Source of the DNA: Longimicrobiales bacterium
GTDB lineage: Bacteria; Gemmatimonadota; Gemmatimonadetes; Longimicrobiales; Gaopeijiaceae
Reading direction: 5' to 3'
NCBI GenBank assembly: GCA_965198065.1
Contig: CBDAON010000004.1
Coordinates: 384,001 to 448,000, forward strand
Length of the DNA stretch: 64,000 bases
Below are positions 52,661 to 63,793 of this stretch, one piece after another. The notes beneath the pieces were generated by a model, which saw only the letters and a program-made list of their open reading frames with translations, did no database searches and was not told the origin of the DNA. Positions within the stretch are counted from its first letter, which is position 1; each line of letters opens with the position of its first letter. The translations under genes were made by a program, and so were the position numbers.

Positions 52661-54424
52661 CTATAGCGACGGGGGCAGATAGATGCGCCCCGGCTGATCG
52701 GCGGAGGTGTCCGCGGGGGGCGGCAGCCCCCGCTCCTCCCACGTGAGCATGATCCGGAATTGCGGGGTGAACTCCCCCACGAGCGGCCGTTGAATCGCAG
52801 GGTTCGTGTAGTGGCTCGTTCGCCAGAAGCCGAAGAAATCGAAGTCGAGTCCCCACGCTCCCAGGGGGGAGGGTAGGAGCTTCAGCCGGGCTCCGAGGGC
52901 ATGGACGTCGTGCCAGGAGTCCCAGTAGTCATCGTTCGATCCGCTCAGGGTGAAAAGGCGGTGGTACTGGTAGCTCAGGTCCAGGAGCCTCCGATGCGCT
53001 CCCTGGTCCCTCACGAGGGCCACTCCGAGCTTCCCCCGCACCCCGGGGCCCATGGTGAAATCGTATTCCCTCTCGCGCTCTTGATACCCGACGATCCCCG
53101 CCCTGTGCGCTTCCTCGGACTCGACGGCCGCGAGGACGGCCATGTCACCCCCGAGCTGGCTTCGCCAAAGGAATCCCCCCCGCTGGAAGCTCGAAAAGAG
53201 GGAAAGCCCCACGCTCTGCGCGCCGAAGCGAAACGCTTGGTTATGGAAGTAGTCGAGGTTGTGCACGACGAGGAGCTTGTGCACGCTCGGTTCCTGAGAC
53301 GTGTCCTCGGGCTGCACGGACGGCGTGTCGCCGTCCGTGGCGGCCGGTCCATCCACGTCCCAGAAGTAGAGGCTCCCCTCGATCTGCGCGCGTCCCACCA
53401 AGGGACCCTGGCCCCCCAGGTTGATCTCCGATGCCACCGAGAACAGCGCGAAGGGCTTGTGCTTGATCGTGTCGTCTAGCGCGAGAAGGTTACCCCACCG
53501 CCACCCCATTTCTAGGAAGACCCCCTTCTGCCGATCCTCCTCCTTCCCCTGCGATCGCCATCCCACCGCGGCGATGAGATCCGACTGCGTGGGCTGTTCC
53601 TCGTCGAGCTTCGGGCCCCGAGTGACGTTGATGGGCGTGAGGTGGCGGGTGAGGAGCCGATCGAAGAGCCGCGGGGGGTTCAGGATCCCGGCGGTAAGCT
53701 CCCTCCAAAGGCGGTCGAACCCGGTCGCCGTGTCGTCCAGAATCCACGACGAGGTCCGATAGGTGATCTCACCCAGCGCCGCCCCCCCCATCGTCGTGGT
53801 GATGAGGTCGTTCGTGGACATGAGCTGGCTCTCCCCACAACACTCCCAGGCCAGGCTGCCCAGGAACGTGTAGAAGACCGCCGACTCCCAGAACCGGAGG
53901 CCGCCCGCCCAGAAGGGAAATCCGTGATTGCGGAACGAGTTGTAGAACGCCGCACCGTGGTAAGGGTGAGCGATCTGGTTGTACATGAACGTGTTGTCAT
54001 CCCACTGAAATCCGGCCTCGATGTTGCTCCACCAGATCCGCGGGCTCGTCTGGGTGATGCGCGGGATCTTATTGGGGTTGAGCTCGTTGGTGACCCAAAC
54101 CGCGAAGCTCGACATCGTCCACCAGAACGACGCCCTCGCGAAGCCCCGGCGTGCGCCCCAGTAGGTGGAATCGCTCTCCTGTTGCAGTGACCTCCCTCCC
54201 AGGGCCAGGTCCGAGGGGCCCAGGAGGCTGCTGGCGAAAGCGGCTCTGTCGGGCGAATCCGCAAGGAACCGCGGGGTCGATCTCCGGAGTGCACGAGTGG
54301 GCACACCGCCCAGGAACATCCGCGCGGAGTCGGGCGCCCGTGGGGCAGCGATTTCGTCCCGGAGCTGGGCACCGGCGAGCGCAAGAAGGGCGCGAGTCGA
54401 CCTACGGGTACCAGAAGGCGCCAA
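52661..54424 (-). CDS. DUF3943-domain outer-membrane protein (start uncertain)
   Basis: WDDNTFMYNQIAHPYHG, GSLAWE, STNDLITTTMGGAALGE. Confidence 0.85.
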   Translation of the reverse strand: MAPSGTRRSTRALLALAGAQLRDEIAAPRAPDSARMFLGGVPTRALRRSTPRFLADSPDRAAFASSLLGPSDLALGGRSLQQESDSTYWGARRGFARASFWWTMSSFAVWVTNELNPNKIPRITQTSPRIWWSNIEAGFQWDDNTFMYNQIAHPYHGAAFYNSFRNHGFPFWAGGLRFWESAVFYTFLGSLAWECCGESQLMSTNDLITTTMGGAALGEITYRTSSWILDDTATGFDRLWRELTAGILNPPRLFDRLLTRHLTPINVTRGPKLDEEQPTQSDLIAAVGWRSQGKEEDRQKGVFLEMGWRWGNLLALDDTIKHKPFALFSVASEINLGGQGPLVGRAQIEGSLYFWDVDGPAATDGDTPSVQPEDTSQEPSVHKLLVVHNLDYFHNQAFRFGAQSVGLSLFSSFQRGGFLWRSQLGGDMAVLAAVESEEAHRAGIVGYQEREREYDFTMGPGVRGKLGVALVRDQGAHRRLLDLSYQYHRLFTLSGSNDDYWDSWHDVHALGARLKLLPSPLGAWGLDFDFFGFWRTSHYTNPAIQRPLVGEFTPQFRIMLTWEERGLPPPADTSADQPGRIYLPPSL

Positions 54425-54987
54425 GATACAACCCCCGGGTGCTGGCCGAATTCACGGGTGGAGCCCCATCGAAGAGCTCCAGCGGCCAGGTTTGGAAGAT
54501 CCCGAAGTGGAACGAAGCGGTCCAGTTGAATCCCTGAAACCAGCCCCGGGGAAGCGGGCCCTCGAGCCCCCAGACGGACTCCACCCCCACACCGTCCGCC
54601 CGGAGCACCTGGTCTTCGACCGTCCTCTCTCCCTCCTCCGGCACGGGGCCCGCCTGCCCGACGTCCTCGGCCTTCTCGGACCGCAGGCGGACCAGGGCGA
54701 CCCGCTGCTCGGAGTAGGCCCGGATCCCCCGTCCGATCTCCCACGGGAAGCCGATCGCGACGTGGCCCCTCGCGCTGCTCAGGGTTCGGCCCGCCTAGAA
54801 CGGGTCCGAGAGGGCGTAGGAGACCCACCCGAACCCCGCCCCGAGGCGGATGCGGTTGATCCGATTCTCGTAACCGTAGACGGTGAACTCAGCCCTGGTA
54901 TGCCCGCTGAGAAGCGCACCGTACTCGCCGGATATGTCCGGCCAGGAGAAGCGCACCCGCCCAAGTGATCAGAGCCCTGCGCCTCAC
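54402..54987 (-). pseudogene. Small outer-membrane beta-barrel-like protein with frameshift and in-frame TAG
   Basis: Signal VRRRALITWAGALLLAG; amphipathic strands RIRLGAGFGWVSY; TAG 54795-54797 in frame with C-terminus GLYLGAFWYP. Confidence 0.6.
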
Positions 54988-55116
54988 AGGCTCACTCCCT
55001 CGTCGCACACTCCTCGCCCTCCCGACCACAGGACAGATTTCGCCGAACTGTGCTCGGCGATGGAGCGAACGGGCCTAATATGCCGTTATCTGCGCCGCGT
55101 GGGCCAGCCCTCTGGG

Positions 55117-57325
55117 CTAGTCCAGGAGCGCGGCGAAGCCAGGCTCGCCCCGAAGGGGCGCGACCAACGGTTCAACCCCCAGAAGCATGATCGCCTGTGA
55201 ACGCGCTTCCTTGGCCCTCAGCAGGCACTCGATCGCGCGGCCGTACTCTTCTGTTCCGAGGTACACGATCGCCAAGTACTCGTCGGGCACGTAGTGTCGC
55301 AGGCGCGCTTTTTTCAGAGCCACGGCCACCCGCCTCGCGTCCTCCAACCGCCCCGCCCTGGCGAGCGCGTGCCCCCTCAGGGCCTCGAGCATGAACATCT
55401 GATCGCCCACCCTCGACCGCACCTCGTCCAGGACGGCGAGGCCTTCCAGAGGTTGCCCGCACTGGACCTCGCACAGCGCGAGACCCAGGAAGGCCGGCAG
55501 AAACTGCTCCTTCGAGATCTCGATCGAGTGCCGGAACTGCTCGGCCGCCCGCTCGGGCTCCCCGAGGAAGCGGTAGATCCTGGCCAGGTTCCCGGCGAGG
55601 AAAGGCGCCCACGGGTCGAGCTCGAGGGCCAGGGCGGCTTGGCTGAGCGCCTCGTCCTCGCGGCCATCGATCACGAGAAGGGTGGAGTACCACTGTCGGG
55701 CGGGCGAGTAGGTGGACTCCAGCTCGATCGCCGTTCGAAACGCCTCCTCGGCCCCGGCGAAGTCTTGCTCATAGGACATGAGGGCGTTCCCGAGGGCCGC
55801 GTGCCCCTGCGCCAGATCGGGGTCCAGCTCCAGCGAGGTGCGGGCGGCCTCGAGCACCTTCGGATAGGCCTCGTCGGGAGGCATCACCCCGTAATCGAAG
55901 GCCCCCAGGAGGTTGTACGCATCCGAAATCGCGGCATGGGCCCGAGCGTAACGGGGATCCAGTCGGACGCACTCACCGAAGGTCTCGAGAGCTCCCTGGA
56001 GACCGTGGACCGTACGGCCGAACCAGGCGTGTCGCCCCTTCAGGTAGGCCACATACGCGGCCGGATCCGTCTGTGGCTCCAGCGTCACGGAGCGCCGCCC
56101 GGAAGGCGGGGGGGGCTTCTCCTCGGAGCGGGGTTTCTCCTGCGGCGGGACGGCCGACGGAACGCGGGTCCTCAGGGCATCGAGCACACAGGTGGCCACG
56201 TTCTCGTCCAGCTCGAAAGCGTCGCTCGTTTCCAGGGATCCGTTGAATTGATCCTGCCAGACGGGGGTCTCCAGCCGCGTGTCCAGGAGGCACACGGTCA
56301 CCCGGTAGCGGCTCCCCTTGAACTTCGCACTCCCTTCCACGAGGTGCGTGACCCCGAGCCGCTGCGCCACCTCCCCCACCTTCACGCCGGCCTCGCTCAG
56401 GGCGAACGCGGTCGTGCGCGGGGTGACTCGGAGGCCCTCGGCCGTTCCTAGGACGCTGATTATCTCTTCCGCAACGCCCTCGCAAAAGTACGCCTTCGAG
56501 CGGTCCTGGGAGAGGTCAAGTAAGGGGAGGACCGCGACCCCCTGATCCGCCCTCAGGACGCTCGCCTCACGGAACTCGTCCTCCCCATTCACCGGGACAC
56601 TGCCGTGCCCCTCCCTGAGCGCCTGCACCAGGGCTTTCGTGTCCTCCCGCGGCTCCGCATCGAGCTCGGCGGCCTCGAGGCGCCGACAGTAGGTCTCGTA
56701 GTGGTGGATCGCGCGGATCCGCAATACCCCTCTCGGCGAGCCGCTCTATGAGCTGGTGATTCGGCTCGTCCTCGAGCGGATCGGCAAGAGCCCAGCACCA
56801 GGCCGCCGCCAGGGCCGCATCGCCCTCCGAGCTGGCCGCGAGCCTGGACAGGTGGATCCTCTGCGCGTCGCGGTAGAGGCCATCCAGGGCGTACCGCTTC
56901 GTCTCCACCCACTCGTCGAATTGCCGGGGGAGGTCCTGAAGGTGGACCGTGTCCAGGAAGGGTCCCGAGTAGAGCGCGTCGGCGTCCTCGAACCGGCCCT
57001 GGGCGACCGCCTCCTCGAATTCCCGGGTGTCGGCCCGGAGGCGGTCCGTCGCGACGAGCCTGAGCGGCGGCCGGTCGATCGGGTCTCGCCCGATGTCCCT
57101 GGTGAGGACCCTGAGGGTCTCGCTGAGGTTGTGGAGCGCGCGTTTGGGATCGTACTCGGGCCAGATCAACGCCGCTGCGCGTTCCCGGGTTACGTCCCGC
57201 TAGACCGCTACGAGGGTGAGGAGCGCGCACCGCACCGGTTGCTCGGGCAGCTTGAGCTCCTGGACCTCGCCGGAGTCATCCCGCCATGCGCGGATTCCGC
57301 CCAGGGCCTTGAGGCGAATGGCCAT
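55117..57325 (-). pseudogene. SARP/BTAD-TolB-like-TPR transcriptional regulator with in-frame TAG (57200) and frameshift (near 56725)
   Basis: IRLKALGG, LIWPE, LYSGPFLD, DPLEDE, VAVLPL...YFCEGVAEEI, AYVAYLKGR, multiple TPRs. Confidence 0.85.
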
Positions 57326-57472
57326 CCAACCCCCAGCGTCCGGAGCCCTCTCCTGCGGAAGCAAGCTACTCCAGGGCCTCGTGGACGGGCAAGCAGCGAC
57401 CGGGAGGAAGGCCAACAGTGCCCCGGCCGAACGGGCTGTTCGGAGAAGAAGGAGCGGCCCGGGCCGCTGGGA

Positions 57473-58342
57473 CTACTGCTCCCCACCCAGCTCCGAGTAT
57501 ACGGCGCTGAGGAAGCGTCCCGGGTCGCCCCACTTCGCCTCGTACTGAGCCGCTGGGCGAGCCGCCTCGACCTGATCGTACGTCATGCCCCGCTCCACCA
57601 TCTCGGCCACACGGTCCCGCACGTCCAGGATCATGTCCCTGAACTCGATTACGTCCTCCCGGGTGGAGACCACCCCGTGCCCAGGGACGAGCAGCGTCTC
57701 GGGGGTCGACAGCCCGATCGCGACGGCGAGGGCCTCGATCGTGCCCTGGAGGGTGCCCCCGTTGTTGAGATCGATGATGGGGAAGGCAACCGTGCGGAAG
57801 AAGTCTCCCACGAAGATCACGTCGGACCCGCGGAAGTGGATGAAGCTGTCCCCGTCCGTATGCGCCGGCGGCACGGCGAAGATCGACGCCTCCTCCCCGT
57901 TCAGGTGGAGGGTCATGTCTCCGTCGTACGTGAGTACGGGGAGCGCGAGGGAGGGCCGCTGCCCCACCATACGGACGCGGACCTCGTCCCGCGCCAGGAT
58001 CGTCACGCCCATCCTACCGAAGTTCTCGTTCCCGCCGATGTGATCTCCGTGGACGTGCGTGTTGATCAGGAAGCGGATCTCACCCGAGGAGAGCTGCCGA
58101 ATGGCCGTTACGATCCGCTCCGTGAGCGGGGCGAACTGGTCGTCGATCATCACGACCCCGTCCTCTCCGATCGAGAGGCCGATGTTGCCGCCCTGTCCCT
58201 CGAGGTAGTAGATGCCTCCCCGGATCTGGTGCGCGACGATCTGGACGTTGTCCATGTTCTGCTGAGCCCACGCCTCGGGCGTGGAGAAGATCGCGAACGC
58301 TCCGAGAAGCGGAATCAGGCGGTGCAGCGGTAGGCTCCTCAT
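57473..58342 (-). CDS. Secreted MBL-fold metallo-hydrolase (cyclase-like)
   Basis: GGNIG, IDDQFAP, INTHVHGDHIGGN, AHTDGD, VPGHG. Confidence 0.92.
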   Translation of the reverse strand: MRSLPLHRLIPLLGAFAIFSTPEAWAQQNMDNVQIVAHQIRGGIYYLEGQGGNIGLSIGEDGVVMIDDQFAPLTERIVTAIRQLSSGEIRFLINTHVHGDHIGGNENFGRMGVTILARDEVRVRMVGQRPSLALPVLTYDGDMTLHLNGEEASIFAVPPAHTDGDSFIHFRGSDVIFVGDFFRTVAFPIIDLNNGGTLQGTIEALAVAIGLSTPETLLVPGHGVVSTREDVIEFRDMILDVRDRVAEMVERGMTYDQVEAARPAAQYEAKWGDPGRFLSAVYSELGGEQ

Positions 58343-58637
58343 CTTGATCCTCCGTGCTCGGGAAACCCGGACGCGTCGGCAACCCTGTCGGCGATCGACC
58401 TGTACCCTGGGGGTGCTCCTCCGTAATACCTCATGATACGTCGCATCCCGCATGCGTGCGACCTTCCGGAGCCGATGAGCCCATCTAGCAGCGTCGGCCC
58501 TTGCAAGACTCCTACTTGACGCCTCATCGCTCGCTTGCCGGTCCAAAGATGCTCCGGTAGCTTCTCTTTCCCCTCGAAGTAGGCGCTGGACCCCTGCCCC
58601 CGAGACGTCGATCCATGATCGCGTCACTCGCTCATGA

Positions 58638-59000
<363 letters not shown>

Positions 59001-59003
59001 TCG

Positions 59004-59383
59004 TTACGGGCGGCTTCCCATCTGACTTCTGACCCACGTCAGGTTCGTCGCGAGCTCGTCACCGGGCCGGTACCGGAGGACTCTCTCGAACGCCGGGATC
59101 GAGGTCTCGAAGAGGCCGAGGCTGGCCAGGGACCATCCGAGGTTGTGATAGGCGTCGGCGGACGCGGTGTCGAGCTGGAGGACCCTTCTATAAAGCAGCG
59201 CCGCCTCGAGGTGCTCGCCCCGGTTCATGTAGCCGACGCCCAGGTTGTAGTACCCGATGGGAGTGCGGTCCTCAGGTTGGCTCGGGATGGGCACCTCTCC
59301 CACCGCGTACGCGCCCGCCACCGAATCGGCAGGTGAGCCGGCCAGCGTTCCGCTCACAACGCGTTCCAGCTCCGCCGCACGTT
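59004..59383 (-). pseudogene. C-terminal TPR fragment cut off by IS1595
   Basis: YYNLGVGY...ADAYHNLGWSLASLG TPRs; composition switches at about 59384. Confidence 0.75.
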
Positions 59384-59430
59384 GGCTAATGAAATCGCGC
59401 TTGTATACTTTACAAAGTAACCCCATGGCC

Positions 59431-59607
59431 TTAACTTGGTTCTATGAGACCCGCATCACCTTTCGTTTCAACGCTTTTCGACTCTTTGGCAAGCTCCGCG
59501 TCAACGGCTTTCATGACGCGCTTGCCGACGATCTTCTCCAAGAATTCGTGGTCGGGAAGCTCCAAGGCGTTGCGCGGTAACTTCCGTTTCTTGGGAGTCT
59601 GAGCCAT
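59431..59607 (-). CDS. 58-aa hypothetical protein divergent from the transposase
   Basis: MAQTPKKRKLPRNALELPDHEFLEKIVGKRVMKAVDAELAKES...; GAGG SD; below ORF-track cutoff. Confidence 0.55.
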   Translation of the reverse strand: MAQTPKKRKLPRNALELPDHEFLEKIVGKRVMKAVDAELAKESKSVETKGDAGLIEPS

Positions 59608-60496
59608 GGCTATGAACCTCGTAGAGTTGGTCGACCGCTATAACAGCGACGATACGTGCCGCGCTGCCTTGGAGCGCCTCCGCTGGCCCGCTGGCGTTGC
59701 CTGCCTCCGGTGCGGCGACATGGACGTGAACGACCTCGGGAAGCACAATCGTTGGGAGTGCCGTTCATGCCGCTACCAGTTCAGCGTCACGTCGGGCACC
59801 ATCATGCACGATTCCCACCTTCCGCTCCGCAAGTGGTTCATCGCCATCTACCTCATGTGCGAGTCCAAGAAGGGCATGAGCGCCAACCAGCTCAAGCGCA
59901 TCCTGGGCGTCTCCTACAAGACCGCTTGGTATCTCTGTCACCGCATCCGCGAAGCGATGGGCAACGACCCGCTGACCGGACCCATCTTGGTCGGGATCGT
60001 TGAAGTGGACGAAACCCTGATCGGCGGCAAGACCAAGGGCAGGGGCCGTGCCTACAAGGGCAACAAGACTTGGGTCGCGGGGGCCGTCCAGCGCGGCGGG
60101 AATGTCCGAATCGAGCGCATCCCCGACGTGACGCGGCGTACCCTCCATGACTTCATCGGCCGCGCCGTGAGAGACGAGGCCGAAGCCATCTACACGGATG
60201 ACCTCAAGTCCTACCTGGGCATCGGAGACGATGACACGCGCCATGAGACGGTGCGTCACTCCGCTGAGGAATGGGTCGTTGGCGACGTTCACACCAACAG
60301 CATCGAAGGCATGTGGAGCCTCTTCAAACGTTCCATCGTCGGGGCCTTCCACAAGATGAGCGTCAAGCATATGGACCGTTACCTGGAAGAGCTTGAGTGG
60401 CGGTTCAACAACCGCAACAACCCCCACATCTTCCGCGACACGCTAGCCCGGATCATGCACACCGACAACCTCACTTATCGGGAGCTGGTGGCCTAG
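59606..60496 (+). CDS. IS1595-family transposase
   Basis: CLRC...CRSC zinc ribbon, VSYKTAW HTH, VEVDET, IYTDD, HTNSIEG, YLEELEWRFN. Confidence 0.95.
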   Translation: MAMNLVELVDRYNSDDTCRAALERLRWPAGVACLRCGDMDVNDLGKHNRWECRSCRYQFSVTSGTIMHDSHLPLRKWFIAIYLMCESKKGMSANQLKRILGVSYKTAWYLCHRIREAMGNDPLTGPILVGIVEVDETLIGGKTKGRGRAYKGNKTWVAGAVQRGGNVRIERIPDVTRRTLHDFIGRAVRDEAEAIYTDDLKSYLGIGDDDTRHETVRHSAEEWVVGDVHTNSIEGMWSLFKRSIVGAFHKMSVKHMDRYLEELEWRFNNRNNPHIFRDTLARIMHTDNLTYRELVA

Positions 60497-60526
60497 ATAT
60501 TCCTACCTTGATTTGTGTTTCCATGA

Positions 60527-60827
60527 TCAATCATCATCACTGCCTTTTTCAGGTAAAATGATGATTGTAACATCATCTTCCACGTCTGATTGTTTAGGCT
60601 TGTCGTAGATCTTCTCTCCGTTCAAGAGGTTGAATGTCCGCATAAGAAAGCATAAGTGCCCAGCGCGCTCATCATTAGAGAAGAGCACAATGCGACTGTC
60701 TGGACACGGGTTGTCTCTCACGGCATCTCCACTCAAGAGTATTTGGTCGGGCTTCTTAACTCTCCACGATATTCCAAATAGCTCCGTGATCTGCTTGGCT
60801 AGATGACAGTCATCAAGGGCGACAAAC
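60527..60827 (-). pseudogene. Low-GC passenger gene, 3' fragment
   Basis: Open frame QFVALDDCHLAKQITELF... cut at the IS3 IR. Confidence 0.55.
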
Positions 60828-62035
60828 TGACCTGCCCCGAAGAGCGGTACCACAACCTATGTTAGTCCCAGCACCTGTGGAGGGCGGTGAAGGACGGGCA
60901 TCCTCAGGAACCAGGGCGACGGCTTAATCGCCTCAGGGGCCGGGGGAAAGCCGCCGCAGGCGCTGTGGGGTCGGACGGTATCGTACTCGCGCCTCCATTG
61001 CTCGACCAGCACGGCCGCCTCCGCCAACGAGCAGAAGATCTCCCCGTTCAACAGCTCGTCCCTGAGCTTGCCGTTGAAGCTCTCGTTGTAGCCGTTCTCC
61101 CACGGGCTGCCCGGCTCGATAAAGAGCGTCTCGACGCCCACGCGCCCCAACCACCGCCGCACGGGCTTCGCGGTGAACTCCGGTCCGTTGTCCGACCTCA
61201 GATACTCGGGAGGGCCCGTGTCGGACGAACAGATCGTCCAGCACCTCGAGCACGTCGTGCGAGCGGATCTTGCGAGCCACCACGATCGCCAGGCACTCCC
61301 TCGTGTGCTCGTCCAGCACTGTCAGCAGCTTCAGCGCACGCCCGTCGTGCGTCCTCGAGGCCACGAAGTCGTACGACCAGACGTGGCCCCGATACAGCGG
61401 CCTCAGCCGGATGCACGATCCGTCGTTGAGCCACAGCCGACCTCGCTTCGGCTGCCGCTCCGGGACCTTCAGCCCCTCCTGCCTCCAGATCCGCTCCACC
61501 CGCTTGTGCTTCACCCCCCAGCCCTCGATGCGGAGCGTGTCCGTGACGCGTCGCTAGCCGTAGCGGCCGAATCGACTCGCGAGTCGCACGATATCACCTC
61601 GGAGCGCCCCCTCGTCACTCGCCACTCTCCTCGCCCCGCGCTGGGTCGTGCGTGGCTGCCCGAGCACCCGGCACGCTCTCCTCTCCGACGCCCCGAGCTG
61701 CTGACGTACACGCACCACACAACGTCGTCGGCCCTCGGGGCTCAGAAGTTTCCCTTGGCCGCTTCCTCCACGATCAGCTTGTCCAGTGTCAAGTCCGCCA
61801 CTGCTCGCTTCAGGCGCCCGTTCTCGCGCTCGAGCTCCTTCAGGCGCCGTGCCTGGCTCACCTTCATCCCGCCGTACTCCCGCCTCCACCGGTAGTACGT
61901 CTGCTCGGTGATGCCGAGCTCCCCCCTGATCAGCTTCACGGATTTGCCGCCGGCCAGACCGACCTCTGCCTCCCTGACGTGACACCCGGAAGCTGAGCCA
62001 GCTATTCTCTGACTCCTCGGAGTAAGTGAGGAGTC

Positions 62036-62302
62036 ATGAGGAAGAGTAGGTTCACGGAAGAGCAGATCATCGGGATCCTACGGGAGGCGGAGGCGGGCGG
62101 AGCGACGAAAGAGGTATGCCGACGCCACGGGATCAGCCACGACACGTTCTATCGGTGGAAGAAGAAGTACGGGGGCCTTGAGGTCAGTGACGCGAGGCGG
62201 TTGAAGGCACTTGAGGACGAGAACCGACGGCTCAAGCGCATCGTGGCCGACCAGGCGCTGAACCTTCAGGTGCTGAAGGACCTGCTGGGAAACGAGTTGT
62301 GA
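62036..62302 (+). CDS. IS3 transposase OrfA
   Basis: MRKSRFTEEQIIGIL...TFYRWKKKYGG...LEDENRRLK; slippery G-GGA-AAC at 62287-62293. Confidence 0.95.
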   Translation: MRKSRFTEEQIIGILREAEAGGATKEVCRRHGISHDTFYRWKKKYGGLEVSDARRLKALEDENRRLKRIVADQALNLQVLKDLLGNEL

Positions 62303-63144
62303 CGGCCGGGGAGCGGCGCCAGGTCGTCCGGAGGGTGCAAGCCGCCGAGAAGGCCTCGGAGCGTCGAGTGGTCCGTTGGACAGGCTTCCCGCGTTCAACG
62401 ATCCGGTACCGAAGCGAGCGCCCAGCTCAGGAGGGGTTACGTGCGAGGATCCGGGAGCTCGCGGGCGAGCGGCCTCGCTGGGGCTACCGACGCATCCACG
62501 TGCTTCTGCGCCGCGAGGGATGGCTGGTGAACCGGAAGCGGATCCACCGGCTCTACCGCGAGGAAGGGCTCGCGGTGCGGCGAAAGGGTCGGAGACGACG
62601 GAGCCAGGTACCACGACCGGTGCGTGACCCACTCGGCCATCCGAACGAGCGGTGGAGCGTGGACTTCATCATGGACACGCTGAGTACGGGCCGAGTGTTC
62701 CGGTGCCTCGCGGTGATCGACGAGTTCAGCCGCGAGTGCCTGGCACTCCACGTCGCTCACTCGATCCCTGCGGCGAGCGTGATCGAGGTGCTCGAGAGAC
62801 TTCGGGAGGAACGCGGCTTGCCGGAGCGCGTGATCTGCGACAACGGCTCCGAGTTCACGAGCCGTGCCTTCGACGCCTGGGCCTACTCCCGGGACCTCAA
62901 GATAGAATACATACAGCCGGGCAAGCCGATTCAGAACTGCTTCGTCGAGAGCTTCCTCGGGAGCTTCAGGGACGAGTGCCTGAACCTCCACTGGTTCCTC
63001 TCCCTACGGGATGCGAGGCACACGATCGAACGCTGGAGGCAGGACTACAATCGCGTCCGACCCCACAGCGCCCTGGGCGATCTCCCACCTGCGGACTTCG
63101 CCCTCAACCACCACATGGAGTCAGGGAATAAACGGATCAACTAA
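62299..63144 (+). CDS. IS3 transposase OrfB (DDE)
   Basis: WGYRRI, WSVDF, CDNGSEF, QPGKPIQN..VESF, RPHSALG. Confidence 0.95.
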   Translation: MTAGERRQVVRRVQAAEKASERRVVRWTGFPRSTIRYRSERPAQEGLRARIRELAGERPRWGYRRIHVLLRREGWLVNRKRIHRLYREEGLAVRRKGRRRRSQVPRPVRDPLGHPNERWSVDFIMDTLSTGRVFRCLAVIDEFSRECLALHVAHSIPAASVIEVLERLREERGLPERVICDNGSEFTSRAFDAWAYSRDLKIEYIQPGKPIQNCFVESFLGSFRDECLNLHWFLSLRDARHTIERWRQDYNRVRPHSALGDLPPADFALNHHMESGNKRIN

Positions 63145-63470
63145 GGGTGTCACGTCATCCCGCACTGCAGTGATGATCTGCTCCGGAGTGTGTCGCTTCC
63201 TTCCCATCCTGACCTCCTCGCTGAAAAGCTTCGGACCAGGTCGATCCTAACATTGCACCTGGTCTCGTTTCAGCGGGTCAGGTCAGTCTGACTCCGGCCT
63301 TTTGTGGGCCCGTATGCTCCGGTTGGGTGACACCGTCCGCCGAATTCCCTTTCGGCGGACGGATGTGTTGAGAATAGCAGGGAAACTCGGCCCACCCATA
63401 CTTTGCGGCCAAATGGGGTCTTACAATCGTCGAGGTGGATACCGCGTCCGCGATCGGACGGCGTGCGTCG

Positions 63471-63793
63471 ATGCGTAGCCTGGAGAAAGGCCCGGAAGCG
63501 GCGACCTCCCGCGTTGCCCTCCTGCTCTCGCTCATTGCTTTGGTGGTTCCTGTCGTCGGATCCGCCGTGGTTCCGGACCTCGTGGCCGGCGACGCAGGGC
63601 TTCTCCTCTGGATCCTGCCGATCGCGCCCGCCTTCGTCCTGTCGTACCACCACGGCTGGAAGGGCGCGTCGGTGGCCCTCGCCGCAGGCATGGCGGCGCT
63701 AGCCGTGACGCATGCGATCCTCACCTCGTCGGGAAGGGCAGTCCCTCCTACCGGGATCACACTCGCGCTCGTGGGCGTCCTACTCATGGTCGC
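63471..63793 (+). pseudogene. Membrane sensor N-terminal fragment (type often fused to GGDEF/kinase domains)
   Basis: LLWILPIAPAFVLSYHHGWKGASVALAAGMAAL; four TM helices, then reads into antisense of converging gene. Confidence 0.65.

Larger units (their letters stand above)
59384..60827 (+). mobile_element. IS1595-family element with passenger genes; right end lost
   Basis: AT-rich left end starting GGCTAATG; transposase; low-GC passenger cut by IS3. Confidence 0.7.
61975..63157 (+). mobile_element. IS3-family (IS407-like) element, intact, nested
   Basis: IR core tgacgtgacaccc at both ends; 4-bp target duplication TCCC (61971-61974, 63158-63161). Confidence 0.95.
60828..63285 (-). mobile_element. 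IS3-family element (outer), disrupted
   Basis: IRs tgacctgccccgaagagcggtacca / tgacctgacccgctgaaacgagacca; orfA from ATG 63207 (MGRKRHTPEQII) split by inner IS; GGGAAAC slip site; orfB has TAG 61554 and frameshift near 61214. Confidence 0.9.
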
